The notes under the pieces: model-generated
Database searches by the model: none
The model's input: the letters and a program-made list of their open reading frames with translations, nothing else
Told to the model about the DNA's origin: nothing
Made by a program: the position numbers and the translations under genes
Shown here: positions 36,382 through 46,644 of the stretch, piece after piece
How the letters are laid out: each line of letters opens with the position of its first letter
Position numbering within the stretch: the stretch's first letter is position 1
Assembly (NCBI GenBank): GCA_032718475.1
Contig: JAUCBJ010009103.1
Span: 260,733 to 324,732, forward strand
From: Nemertoderma westbladi
Lineage: Eukaryota; Animalia; Xenacoelomorpha
DNA: 64,000 nucleotides
Reading direction: 5' to 3'

Positions 36382-38394
36382 TTGGATGAAAATAGGTCGT
36401 GTGACACAGAACTATGGAGGGGGCCACTACCCCCGATGACATACCCAAGTCAAAGAAAATCAAGAAATAGGACGGACGAACCGCGCCAGACAGGAGAAAC
36501 TATACAGCACCCATCGAATCCATTGGAAGCGCAGGCGATGGGGATGGCCACGTTGATCGATGCGTTGAAAACGAGGATCGAGTTACCACCCGTGGAACCA
36601 TTCAAGTTCGATGGGAGTAGGCCGGAAGAATATCTACAGTTTCGGCGCATGTATAGTAACGAAATACTAACAAAAAACTTGACGCAGGCGGAGTGCCTAA
36701 AGTATCTGCAAGTATACACGGGAGGCCCAGCATACGATATCGTGAGGCAATATCAAGGAATAGAGGGCGGCTTCACGACAGCATGGCGGGCACTGGACAG
36801 GGAATACGGGCACCCGGCCAAGATCATCAGACAGACACTGAGAGGCATAACATCGGGTGGCCTACAGGATAATCCCGTTAGCATTAAGACGTTCGCTAAC
36901 AAAGTCGAAAAGGCGCTAATCGTGCTGAAGACGCTAGACGCGCCATACGAGCTCAACGCGTCCAATAACATCACCACGATAGCGCAGGCACTACCGAACT
37001 GGCTGCGCAACAAGTGGAGGAAGATCGCTTTCTCCATTCGAGACAAGAAGGGTGCGGAACCGGGTTTAGAAGAAATGTCAAGCTTCTTAAACTACGAGGC
37101 TGAACTAATAACTGACCCAGTCTATAGCGAAGATAGCCTGGGAAAGGGACCGAAGACGGATTACCATAGACCGAAACCAGAGCACAATACATCAAACGCA
37201 TTACCGAGGCTCAGGCAATCATTGCCATATGCAGCGACGCAGGGGACTGCAAGTCCACAGCTAGCCGAAGATAAGACAACACCATGGAACGGACAGGGAA
37301 ACAATAACAACACGAATAAATATAACCCCAGTACGTCCAGTAGGCCGAATCCAAACAATAAGAATAGTAGGGACTTTGGTACAAACGCAGCTGCGATACG
37401 CAATGCGCTGTATAAGGAGGGCTACGACCCAAAGAGCAAATGCCAGCTACACGCAAATGCGCTTCATCAAACCATGAACTGCAGGTACTGGCAGGCGCTA
37501 CCTAGGCAAGATCAGATAGATTATGCGTTGAGCAATAAAATCTGCTCGCGATGTGTGATGAGTGGACATAGAGCAAGGGAATGCAAGGAGAAGCCGGTCA
37601 AGTTTGGTCAAAGGAGAGGCCAAACGATGGCGACGAGCACAGTAGGGGCGAAGAAGAGAGGAACGGTGTTACTTGGAGTAGTACCCGTGCGAGTGATTGG
37701 GGAAGGCAATCGATCAGTAACAACACTAATGCTGGTTGATAGTGGAGCTGCCTTCACATTAGTCGAGGAATGGGTGGCCGAAGAGATAGGATTGAGAACG
37801 AGGCCAAGCAGAATGGCGGTAACAACCATCTCTAGCAAAGATGAGATCCTGGAGATGAGAACAGGACGGTGCGCAATTGCAGCAGTGGCACCGGGATGCG
37901 ACTATGGGGCAACCATCGACCCCATCCAAGTGATAGAGTCAATTAATATCAATGCCAGGCGGCCAACCAACATCGAGGTCGAGCAATATAAATTCCTGGA
38001 CGACATTGACTTCTCAATCCCAGACGTGGACGTTAGGAAGGTATCCATCATAGTAGGAATGGATTGCCCAACGGCCCACGAAAGAATGCAAACGGTCTTC
38101 GGCGAAGACAAGCAGTGTGACCCGGTGGCGATATTAACACCATTCGGGTGGACGCTGAGTGGCCCAATCAAGACCAAGATACCATTTAGGATGTCGGAGA
38201 CATCAGGATGCATGTTCGCGGGAACAATGCAGGAAATGGGTGATGAGGGAGCAGAGGAGCAGCTTAAAAGACTGCTCAGACAAGATTTCGAGGGACTGAA
38301 AGAGACCGGGGTCAGGACCTCGGTAGAAGACAAGCAGGCTTTACAAAGCGTGGAGGAATCGATGACAGTGCGACTGAGGGGCGGTATACTATAG
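36382..38394 (+). CDS. Bel/Pao Gag core, zinc knuckle and aspartic protease
   Basis: PFKFDG..EEYLQF...LKYLQVYTGG...AWRALDREYG (DUF1759-like), CSRCVMSGHRAREC, LVDSGA, TPFGWTLSGP. Confidence 0.92.
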   Translation: MDENRSCDTELWRGPLPPMTYPSQRKSRNRTDEPRQTGETIQHPSNPLEAQAMGMATLIDALKTRIELPPVEPFKFDGSRPEEYLQFRRMYSNEILTKNLTQAECLKYLQVYTGGPAYDIVRQYQGIEGGFTTAWRALDREYGHPAKIIRQTLRGITSGGLQDNPVSIKTFANKVEKALIVLKTLDAPYELNASNNITTIAQALPNWLRNKWRKIAFSIRDKKGAEPGLEEMSSFLNYEAELITDPVYSEDSLGKGPKTDYHRPKPEHNTSNALPRLRQSLPYAATQGTASPQLAEDKTTPWNGQGNNNNTNKYNPSTSSRPNPNNKNSRDFGTNAAAIRNALYKEGYDPKSKCQLHANALHQTMNCRYWQALPRQDQIDYALSNKICSRCVMSGHRARECKEKPVKFGQRRGQTMATSTVGAKKRGTVLLGVVPVRVIGEGNRSVTTLMLVDSGAAFTLVEEWVAEEIGLRTRPSRMAVTTISSKDEILEMRTGRCAIAAVAPGCDYGATIDPIQVIESININARRPTNIEVEQYKFLDDIDFSIPDVDVRKVSIIVGMDCPTAHERMQTVFGEDKQCDPVAILTPFGWTLSGPIKTKIPFRMSETSGCMFAGTMQEMGDEGAEEQLKRLLRQDFEGLKETGVRTSVEDKQALQSVEESMTVRLRGGIL

Positions 38395-38396
38395 GA

Positions 38397-41300
38397 ATGG
38401 TATGGAAATTACCGAAGATACCACTGCCCGATAATAGAGGGATGGTACTCACGAGACTCCGCAAGCTGAAACAAACACTAAAACGGAGCCCCGAGAAGAA
38501 TGAGTACATCCACAGAACGATTAAGAAGTACGTCGAGAAAGGATGGGCCGTGGAGTTACCGGTCGACGAACCGAACACGGACAGGACATATTACCTGCCA
38601 CTCCACGTGGCTTTAGACCCAAAGAAAGGTAAACTGCGGATGGTAGTTGACGCATCGGCAAAGACCAACGGAAAATGCTTAAACGACTACCTGTTAGAAG
38701 GCCCAAACATATACAACTCGGGCATAGAGGTGCTACTTAGATTTAGAAATGGGAAACACGCCTTCACGTGTGACATAGAAGGCATGTTCAACCAAGTCCG
38801 TGTAACGGAGGAAGATAGCGACAGTCAACGCTTCTTATGGTATAACGGCGAGGAAGAACCGTCGATAATACCGGCATATAAGATGGTAGTACAAAACATG
38901 GGAGCCAAGTCGTCTTCATTTACGACGACTATGGCAGTGAGAGATACAGTGAAAGGGAAGGAAGATAGATACAGCACTAGGGCCGTCGATATGATTCGAC
39001 ACGGCTTCTACGTAGACGACGGAATGGAGTCTGGAAATACGGTTAAGGAGATACTGGACACGGGGCGCGAGGTTCGCGACATCCTAAAAAGATCCGGCTT
39101 TAACCTGACCAAATTCCAATCCAGTTCGGAAGAATTTATCAAGGCGATAGAGGACAAGAGGCCAGAATCGACCATGGATAATCCCACAACAGCCAAAGGG
39201 CAGGACATGGCGAATAAGAGAACAGAATCTCAACAGAAGGCATTGGGAATCGTGTGGAACAGAGAGACAGACGAACTGAAGTATCAGCTGAGCCAGGAGG
39301 GCGCAGACATCCACACGAAGAGGGGCTATGTATCGTATATAGCAAGGATATACGATCCCCTAGGCCTAGCATCCCCATTATTAGTCACGGGGAAACAGAT
39401 ACTCAAGAGAGTATACAAATTGAAGGATGAGTGGGACGTAGAGGTACCAGAGGAAATCAAGAAACAGTGGAGTAAGTGGACAGGAGACTTGGAGAAGATG
39501 GGAACATACAACATGCCACGAGTGTATTTCCCGGATGGGAACATGACGAATCTGGACCTACACATGTTCTCCGATGCGTCGTTGGAGGCGTACGGAGCGG
39601 CACTCTACTTAGTACAACGAGAGGGGGCTCATAAGCCCAGACTAGCCTTTAGCAAAGCAAAGTCAACGCCGCCAGATTCAGCATCAGTCCCCAAGTTAGA
39701 ATTGACAGCTGCGAGACTAGGAGTTAGAGCCACAGCCTACCTAGTGGATACTATTCCCAACATAGTGGAGACACACTACTGGACGGACTCCATGGTAGTG
39801 CTTGGTTGGCTACATAACGAAAGGACGAGATACCCAATATTCGTCGCAAATAGAGTGGACGAAATAAGGGCGACCACAGAACTGGAAAGGTGGCACTACT
39901 GCCCAACGGACGAGAACCCAGCGGACTTGTTGTCGAGGGGCGTGGTACGCCACACTTTCTTGATGAAGGAAGTATTGTGGCAACATGGGCCACAATTTCT
40001 GAGCGATAAGGAGGCCTGGCCGCCGATGAGAAAGGTGGACCCGGGCTCAGAAGTAGTGTCAGAGGGAGAAGAGGGAGATTCAGAGGGAGAAGAGATATAC
40101 TCCCAGATGGTGAGGGAGATTAGGGACGTGCAACCAAGACGAGAACTGTGCGATAACCCGACGGATAAACTCCTCAGCTACAGTTCTAGTTGGTATAAGA
40201 CCAAGAAACTAGTGGCGTACTGGAGAGCCTTCGGGAATTTCCTCGCGGGAGTTGGCAAAGACAAGATCAGGACATCCATAGATCTGGAAGGAGCGGCCAA
40301 GGCAGTCATCCGCTATGAACAACGGAAGAACTATGGCGACGAGGTAGAACGCGTCGGAAACCAACAGCACCTCCGACGGGACAGCGAGCTGATCACGCTG
40401 TCGCCACAACTTAATGACGACGGGATTCTAGTAATGAATTCTAGGGTGGGATACAACAACAGCATAATCGTACCACCGAAACCCATCATCATTCCAACAG
40501 GATCGCCAATAGTTCACCAGATTATCTGGGACTCCCATAAGTCGATATTGCACGGGGGCACCAACCAAACCCTCACCGAGATAAGGTGGACCTTTTGGGT
40601 CAAACAGTTGAGGAAGAAGGTAAAAGCGGTGGTGGGGCAGTGCCAGACCTGCCGACGAGCGAAGAAGGAGCGAGCCATACAAGAGATGGCGCCACTACCA
40701 GCGAGTAGAGTAAGACAGCACGACCCGCCATTTACGCATTGCGGTGTGGACATGTTCGGGCCAATAAAGATCAAGGTGATGCGGCACACGGAGAAGCGCT
40801 ACGGTATAATCTTCGTATGTAACAACACGCGGGCGGTAGGGATAGAACTCGCCCAAGATGCAACCGCATCAGCATTCATTAATGCCTTAGAAAGGTTTAG
40901 AGAACGCAAAGGTGGGACGATCGCAGTGATATACAGCGACAACGGCACCAACTTTGTGGGCGCACAGAATGAGATGGCAGAAGCCTTGGACATCTTGGAA
41001 GGGGAGGAAGTCAGGGCGGCCATGAGACAACGACAAGTAAAGTGGGAAAGAAGGACGCCGTATGCACCACATACACTAGGATGCGTCGAGAGACTGGTGG
41101 GCAGTTCAAAGCGTCTAATGACGAAGCTAATGAACACCCACATGGTCACTGAGGACGTCCTGAGAACAGTATTGGCGAAGTGTGAGGGTATCATTAATAG
41201 CAGACCGCTATATCCGGAGAATGATGACCCTGAGTCACTAGACGTGCTGACGCCTAGCCATTTTCTAATGGAAAGGCCAGCTACCATCGATATGCGGGGT

Positions 41301-41645
41301 GTAGATCCAGACGACATACACTCCCGCCAGAGTTGGAAAGTCGCTAAAGCAATAAGCGCCGAGTATTGGAGGAGGTGGGTCGAAGAATACCTGCCCACGC
41401 TCCATAAAAGAAGCAAGTGGAGGAAGCCGAATAGGGAGTTAAGAGAGGGAGATCTCGTAATCGTTACGGATGATACTATCATCAACAACCAATGGCGGTT
41501 GGCGAGAGTTGTAGGCACTTACTCCGACAAGGACGGAAGAGTCCGATCGGTAGAAGTGCGGATAGGTGGTAAGATAGGTGCGAAGGACAGAAAAACCTAC
41601 AGGAGAGCTGTAGGGAAATGCTGTCTGTTAGAAGGGGCACCTTAG
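38397..41645 (+). CDS. Bel/Pao Pol: RT, RNase H, integrase
   Basis: YYLPLH, LRMVVDAS, DIEGMFNQV, FYVDD, IYDPLG, MFSDAS, PKLEL, NPADLLSRG, HHCC finger, GVDMFGP/SDNGTNF/VERLV, WRRWVEEYL. Confidence 0.97.
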   Translation: MVWKLPKIPLPDNRGMVLTRLRKLKQTLKRSPEKNEYIHRTIKKYVEKGWAVELPVDEPNTDRTYYLPLHVALDPKKGKLRMVVDASAKTNGKCLNDYLLEGPNIYNSGIEVLLRFRNGKHAFTCDIEGMFNQVRVTEEDSDSQRFLWYNGEEEPSIIPAYKMVVQNMGAKSSSFTTTMAVRDTVKGKEDRYSTRAVDMIRHGFYVDDGMESGNTVKEILDTGREVRDILKRSGFNLTKFQSSSEEFIKAIEDKRPESTMDNPTTAKGQDMANKRTESQQKALGIVWNRETDELKYQLSQEGADIHTKRGYVSYIARIYDPLGLASPLLVTGKQILKRVYKLKDEWDVEVPEEIKKQWSKWTGDLEKMGTYNMPRVYFPDGNMTNLDLHMFSDASLEAYGAALYLVQREGAHKPRLAFSKAKSTPPDSASVPKLELTAARLGVRATAYLVDTIPNIVETHYWTDSMVVLGWLHNERTRYPIFVANRVDEIRATTELERWHYCPTDENPADLLSRGVVRHTFLMKEVLWQHGPQFLSDKEAWPPMRKVDPGSEVVSEGEEGDSEGEEIYSQMVREIRDVQPRRELCDNPTDKLLSYSSSWYKTKKLVAYWRAFGNFLAGVGKDKIRTSIDLEGAAKAVIRYEQRKNYGDEVERVGNQQHLRRDSELITLSPQLNDDGILVMNSRVGYNNSIIVPPKPIIIPTGSPIVHQIIWDSHKSILHGGTNQTLTEIRWTFWVKQLRKKVKAVVGQCQTCRRAKKERAIQEMAPLPASRVRQHDPPFTHCGVDMFGPIKIKVMRHTEKRYGIIFVCNNTRAVGIELAQDATASAFINALERFRERKGGTIAVIYSDNGTNFVGAQNEMAEALDILEGEEVRAAMRQRQVKWERRTPYAPHTLGCVERLVGSSKRLMTKLMNTHMVTEDVLRTVLAKCEGIINSRPLYPENDDPESLDVLTPSHFLMERPATIDMRGVDPDDIHSRQSWKVAKAISAEYWRRWVEEYLPTLHKRSKWRKPNRELREGDLVIVTDDTIINNQWRLARVVGTYSDKDGRVRSVEVRIGGKIGAKDRKTYRRAVGKCCLLEGAP

Positions 41646-41799
41646 TGGAGTTAGAGAAGAGTTTAGTCGTCCAAGCTTTGGACTGAGGGGGGTGGGATTG
41701 AGGGCGAGACGCCCTTCCCACACATAAAAAGTAAAATAAAAAATAAAAATAAAATAATAGTACATAGTAGGTATGCAGTTAGTAGGCAGAAGTTAGTCA

Positions 41800-42335
41800 G
41801 TAAGAAGGTACGTAGTACCTAGAGTTAGTTAGTTAAGAGGTACGTAGTACCTAGAGTTAGTTAGTTAAGAGGTACGTAGTACCTAGAGTTAGTTAGTTAA
41901 GAGGTACGTAGTACCTAGAGTTAGTTAGTTAAGAGGTACGTAGTACCTAGAGTTAGTTAGTTAAGAGGTACGTAGTACCTAGAGTTAGTTAGTTAGTTAG
42001 GAGGTACGTAGTACCGCTAGTTAGGAGAGAGTTAGAAGGTACGTAGTACCGTTAGTTAGAGAAGAGTTAGAGGGTACGTAGTACCGTTAGTTAGAGAGTT
42101 AGAGGGTACGTAGTACCGTTAGTTAGAGAAGAGTTAGAGGGTACGTAGTACCGTTAGTTAGAGAGTTAGAGGGTACGTAGTACCGTTAGTTAGAGAAGAG
42201 TTAGAGGGTACATAGTACCGTTAGTTAGAGAGTTAGAGGGTACGTAGTACCGCTAGTTAGAGAGTTAGAGGGTACGTAGTACCGTTAGTTAGAGAAGAGT
42301 TAGAGGGTACGTAGTACCGTTAGTTAGAGAGAGAG
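41800..42335 (+). repeat. 16-copy ~32-38 bp tandem repeat between pol and ORF3
   Basis: Core GGTACGTAGTACC separated by (GTTA)n/GA-rich spacers. Confidence 0.92.
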
Positions 42336-42835
42336 AGAGTAAGAGGTAGAAGGGTATATAAGATATAGATATTAGTTAGCAGTTAGTAGCGAGAGGGGGG
42401 CATATGAGTACAGTTGGGTAAATCGTGTGGCCACGCGACGCACACTGCTGTACTGCACAGGCCCACAGAGTAGGCCAGAATGTGGATTAGAGAATAGAAT
42501 AATCCATAGGCAATAGTAAGTAGTAGGACAGTAGAATTAAAATTATACTAAAAATAAATAGATATATAAAAATAAATAGAATAGGGCTGAAAGTTACAAA
42601 TTATGGCAACACTAGGAAAGTTATTCTGGAACATAATAAAAGTAACGGACAGAAATCGAAATTAGGGTGTATTTACTAGCTTCAGAATTAATTAGTAATA
42701 ATTTAGGCTAAAAGGGCGCAGTTAAGTAAGGAATAGGCCATTATCGGACCGTACAGAACATCTTAAGATACATCACTCATCTGTATTGCGCCTTGGTAAG
42801 GCACCACCTTACAGGTGAGCGAGTGAGTGTTCGGA

Positions 42836-45373
42836 ATGGCGAGCAAATTGATCAGAAAGAGAAAGGCGGAGTTAGGAGGAAAGGAGATACTGGTGGATTT
42901 CACCGAGAGGCATCCGGAAGAGAAGACGAGAGGATACTACGAGAGGTTGGAAAGGGGTCACGCGGCACGAGCGCTGCAGGATCACTTCCGGGAGATGCAC
43001 GAACAGCGGCTGGTCGGGACGCCGTCGCTGGACAACGCGATCTTCCAACACTTCCACTACGTGGTGAAAGGGGACGAGGCGAAGTTCGGGATTCGGAAGT
43101 ACCCGAGGGAATCACCGAGGAAGGACTGGAAGAGATTCATAGAGTCCGTCAACAGGGGAGGATATATGATCCTAGACGACGAGGGAACCGTGGAAGACGA
43201 GGCGGGTTCGAGACGAGGATCGGCGGGGTCGGCCAGGACCATACTCCTACATTTGGCCGCGCCAAATGGGGACATCTTCTTATTCGATCTAGGAACGTAT
43301 GGGAAGAAGGACGGGCCGAAATTAAACCGGTTGCCGAAAGCGGTACAAGTCTTGGTAAGAGAGAAGTCGACGACGAAAGTAGGATCGGCGATTCGCGAGG
43401 ATGCGGAGAGAATCATCGGTCCGGACGCCACCAACCTCCTGGATATGCAGAAGGTCTTTATGGCTATGACGGCACCGGATGGGTTGGGGGTAGTCGAAAA
43501 CACAGGCCAATGCGGGGCGGTGGCAATGGGCCAACTATTGGGGCTCGTGTGCCACAAACCGATGGACTGGGGGAAGTTCAGGGAAGAATACGGAGCAGAA
43601 CTAGCGAACTCGCTAAAGTGGGGAGCGAGACCGGGAAAGCAAGAGGTATATCAATTCCGCAGAGGAGCGATAAAGGTATATCAGAAGCGATATATCCTGC
43701 AGGAAGACTGGATGATGATAAGTTTGCTTAACTTATTTATGACCGTGGTTATCGAGAGGGAACCAGCGGCATTTCTGTTATCGGGATCACCCCTAAGCTA
43801 CAGGAGAGCCTTTAAAATGGCCTTCGACGGTCTGGTAGACCACCCGGGGCTGAAGGGCGAGTCGGTGTACTACAACAGCCGACATCTGGAAGACGGGGAG
43901 ACAGATACGCCGTATCAGAGATGGGAGCAGCTAGAAACGGATAGACGAGAAGCAAAGCGACTGGAAGAAGTCGCTAGACGGGAGAGGATAGAAGCAGAGG
44001 AGAGGGAGGAGGAGGCCAGGACGCAGAGTTACGGCTTCGAGGAACAGGCAGGCTTAGACGAACTTCATTGGACTTCGTCAGGGAGTTCGGGGGAGTCTCT
44101 AGGGCGAGAACTGGGATGGACGGTGGGATCACCGAAACAGTCGACGTCGGGGTTGCAAGAGATGCCCATACCAGCGGGCGCCGAAGGCGACCAACCGCCA
44201 AGGAAGTTAAGGGAACTAGAGGGATGGAGAGCTACGGGCGAGAGCCAAGGCGGGAAGGGACATAGTGGATCCATCGGGATACCGGGGTTGGAGCCACTGC
44301 CAGAGGAGGAGGAGGACGACGACGAGTTCGGAGGGGTGCCGCCCATCGAGAGGATTGGCCACTCGGACACGGACTGGGTTGGCGGGAGGGTGGTGACGGC
44401 CAGTGGGGCGAGGGCCTTCTGGAACAGATCCGGCAAGCAGACCTGGGTGCACGAGGAGCCGGCGATGGATTTCGCGGGGAGCACTATCAGGTTGGGCGAG
44501 CAACCGGGGACGGCACCACGGATAGTATTCGGGGAGACGATGCCCGAGAGGGGCGGAGAGATCGACGTAGACAGGGACACCAACGTGGAGAAGTTCGCCT
44601 ACCAGCGACTCCACAGACCGCGGAGATCGCTTGGGACGAAAGACGACGTGGGGCGGGAGACATTGGTACTCGGTTGCGACTACTGTGGGAGACAGACCCA
44701 CCAGGAAAGGAGCTGCTTGTACCGGTTCCAAAAGGGAACCTTTTGTCTCTACTGCCGAGAGCCGAGCCACAGGATGGGGGCGTGTCCACGGTTGCATAAC
44801 CGATGTCCAAAGTGCAACTTTCGGGGACACTACGGACGCCAGTGCGACTGGATGGACGACGAAGAGAAGTTCAGAAGATTCGAGGAGTGGGCCGACGTCG
44901 GGGCCATGACGCGCCAGCGCATGAAGGCCCAGGAGTTTAAGTGGGGTTTCTTCCTTATCAATCAGGAGGCTCACATGGAAATCATAAAGCGGAGGCTACC
45001 GTTTACCTATCAAGAGGTAGCAACGGCGGCGTCGTATGCCGGAGTGATGAACACACAAAGATATTTGGACAGGTGGACGCCACAGAACCGAGGGGAGTTT
45101 AGGGATTTCTTGGCGGAGCACGTGCCGCGAGCAATGAAGATGATCCTATGGGACGCCACCAGATGGAGACAACAGGGCCACTCTGAGGGGCCACTGGCGA
45201 AGCGATATCGGGCACTAATAACACCAGCGCCCAAGGAGCCAACAACCGGAATCAGCAGGGAGGTGGCGGCGAAAGTCCGAAAGCAGAAAGCGGATCCCAG
45301 AGGAGCGGTGGTAACCAAGAAACGACCCAGGGAAGAGGACGCCAGGGGGAACTATCCCCAGAGGAACAGATAG
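42836..45373 (+). CDS. Retrotransposon ORF3: DEDDy 3'-5' exonuclease-like domain plus three CCHC zinc knuckles
   Basis: ILDDEG (ExoI), LLHLAAPNGDIFLFDL, LPKAVQVLVREKSTTKVGSAIREDAERI (ExoII), LLDMQ, KWGARP, QKRYILQED (ExoIII-like); three CX2CX4HX4C at 44675-44845. First ATG at 42836. Confidence 0.8.
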   Translation: MASKLIRKRKAELGGKEILVDFTERHPEEKTRGYYERLERGHAARALQDHFREMHEQRLVGTPSLDNAIFQHFHYVVKGDEAKFGIRKYPRESPRKDWKRFIESVNRGGYMILDDEGTVEDEAGSRRGSAGSARTILLHLAAPNGDIFLFDLGTYGKKDGPKLNRLPKAVQVLVREKSTTKVGSAIREDAERIIGPDATNLLDMQKVFMAMTAPDGLGVVENTGQCGAVAMGQLLGLVCHKPMDWGKFREEYGAELANSLKWGARPGKQEVYQFRRGAIKVYQKRYILQEDWMMISLLNLFMTVVIEREPAAFLLSGSPLSYRRAFKMAFDGLVDHPGLKGESVYYNSRHLEDGETDTPYQRWEQLETDRREAKRLEEVARRERIEAEEREEEARTQSYGFEEQAGLDELHWTSSGSSGESLGRELGWTVGSPKQSTSGLQEMPIPAGAEGDQPPRKLRELEGWRATGESQGGKGHSGSIGIPGLEPLPEEEEDDDEFGGVPPIERIGHSDTDWVGGRVVTASGARAFWNRSGKQTWVHEEPAMDFAGSTIRLGEQPGTAPRIVFGETMPERGGEIDVDRDTNVEKFAYQRLHRPRRSLGTKDDVGRETLVLGCDYCGRQTHQERSCLYRFQKGTFCLYCREPSHRMGACPRLHNRCPKCNFRGHYGRQCDWMDDEEKFRRFEEWADVGAMTRQRMKAQEFKWGFFLINQEAHMEIIKRRLPFTYQEVATAASYAGVMNTQRYLDRWTPQNRGEFRDFLAEHVPRAMKMILWDATRWRQQGHSEGPLAKRYRALITPAPKEPTTGISREVAAKVRKQKADPRGAVVTKKRPREEDARGNYPQRNR

Positions 45374-46092
45374 GTTCCCAGGGCCGGGGGAGAGAAACTG
45401 AGACTTGGACGTGGTACGCCTGGAAGGCGCCGCGTGGGACGTACGAACTATTAAGTACAAATTAAGCTGATGCAAATAATTAAATAAGTGCAATTATATG
45501 TACGTACGTAGTGATCAGTAGTTTAGCAATAAAATATACGTTCGGAGTAAGTACTATAGTCATACAACCTTTCTCAATTAGCTACTGGGACTGGGGGGAT
45601 AACTGACTATGGCACTATGGACGAGACACCAGACGATTTCACACTTCTTGAGTGCGACGGCACAAGAGGGGGGGGGGGGAGATTCGTCAGAAGGGATGAG
45701 GTAGTCGAAGTGGGGTTGAGGGACGGAGTAATAGTGCGAAGTGCGGAGAGAGTGCGGACGCAATTCTAGTGTGGGGGGGGGGGGGAGAATAAGAGGCTGA
45801 GTGAGGGACGAGGAGGTCCGAGGGTATGAGAGAGTTAGGGTGAGAGTGGAGAAGAGATAGGGCGAAAGTGTTGGGGAAACAAAAGTCGCGTGAGAGGTGA
45901 GCGCGATCGGCCCGACATGGGACGCCAGGCATACAGGGTAGCGTTATCATACCCATAGGGAGCGGCCTGGAAAGCCGGCTCCGAGAGAAAATAATTCCAC
46001 CCCACACCCGATACTAGATCGGGATCCAGCGGGATTGTAGCGCACTTAAGGTGGATGCTATCTTCTCACCGGGAAGATAGCATGGGGGGGAG

Positions 46093-46639
46093 TGTTAGCT
46101 TATTCAATCCCGCTAACACCCCATAAAAGTTAAGCCGATAAGCAATATTGGGGGCCACGAGATTGGGTAATCACCAACTCGTGTCACCCCAATAAAATGG
46201 AAAGGAGAAACACAATGAGGGTCAGGGGCCAAACCCCTAACCCAGAGAGAACAGGTGGAGTGAACGGGAACACTCCAAAGGGCGCCAACAAGGGTATCAA
46301 CCAATCAGAGGGGGGAAAGGCATCGATTAGGTAGAGTCACAAGGCCAACCCGTGCAATATAGCCAGTTGGCAGTAATCATTTCATTCAGTTATCTCAGTA
46401 TCATATTGGTGCTAGTTAGGTTAGTTAGTTTAGCTAGGGAAGGACCGGGACTTTAATTACCGTATCCCGCCTTCCGTATACGACAACATTATCCATATCT
46501 ATGCTTATATCTATATACCCGTACAACCGATTATTATATACGACGAACGACACGAACTCTTTTTACCTTTCATACACACGGCGGGGACGCGTGAACTAAA
46601 CAACCGGATAAACCGGGATCCTTCCTGGATCCCGTCACA
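46093..46639 (+). repeat. 3' LTR
   Basis: Near-identical to 32519-33065; preceded by GGGGGGGAG PPT. Confidence 0.97.
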
Positions 46640-46644
46640 AAAAG

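Larger units (their letters stand above)
32519..46639 (+). mobile_element. Full-length Bel/Pao LTR retrotransposon with extra ORF3
   Basis: 547-bp TG...CA LTRs, 5-bp TSD AAAAG (32514-32518 and 46640-46644), G-rich PPT before 46093, domain order Gag-PR-RT-RH-INT. Confidence 0.97.

Noticed and set aside
35905-38396. Programmed ribosomal frameshifts in gag-pol
   Set aside because: The three breaks fall at or near G runs (~35911, ~36305, ~38378) in mixed directions with no slippery heptamer. Bel/Pao usually has one ORF, so homopolymer errors or slippage are more likely.
42836-45373. Envelope gene
   Set aside because: No signal peptide or C-terminal TM anchor; exonuclease and zinc-knuckle motifs are present instead.
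33123-45493. Numerous antisense and overlapping ORFs, and the 63-aa ORF in each LTR
   Set aside because: Shadows of GC-rich coding or repeated DNA with no recognisable motifs.
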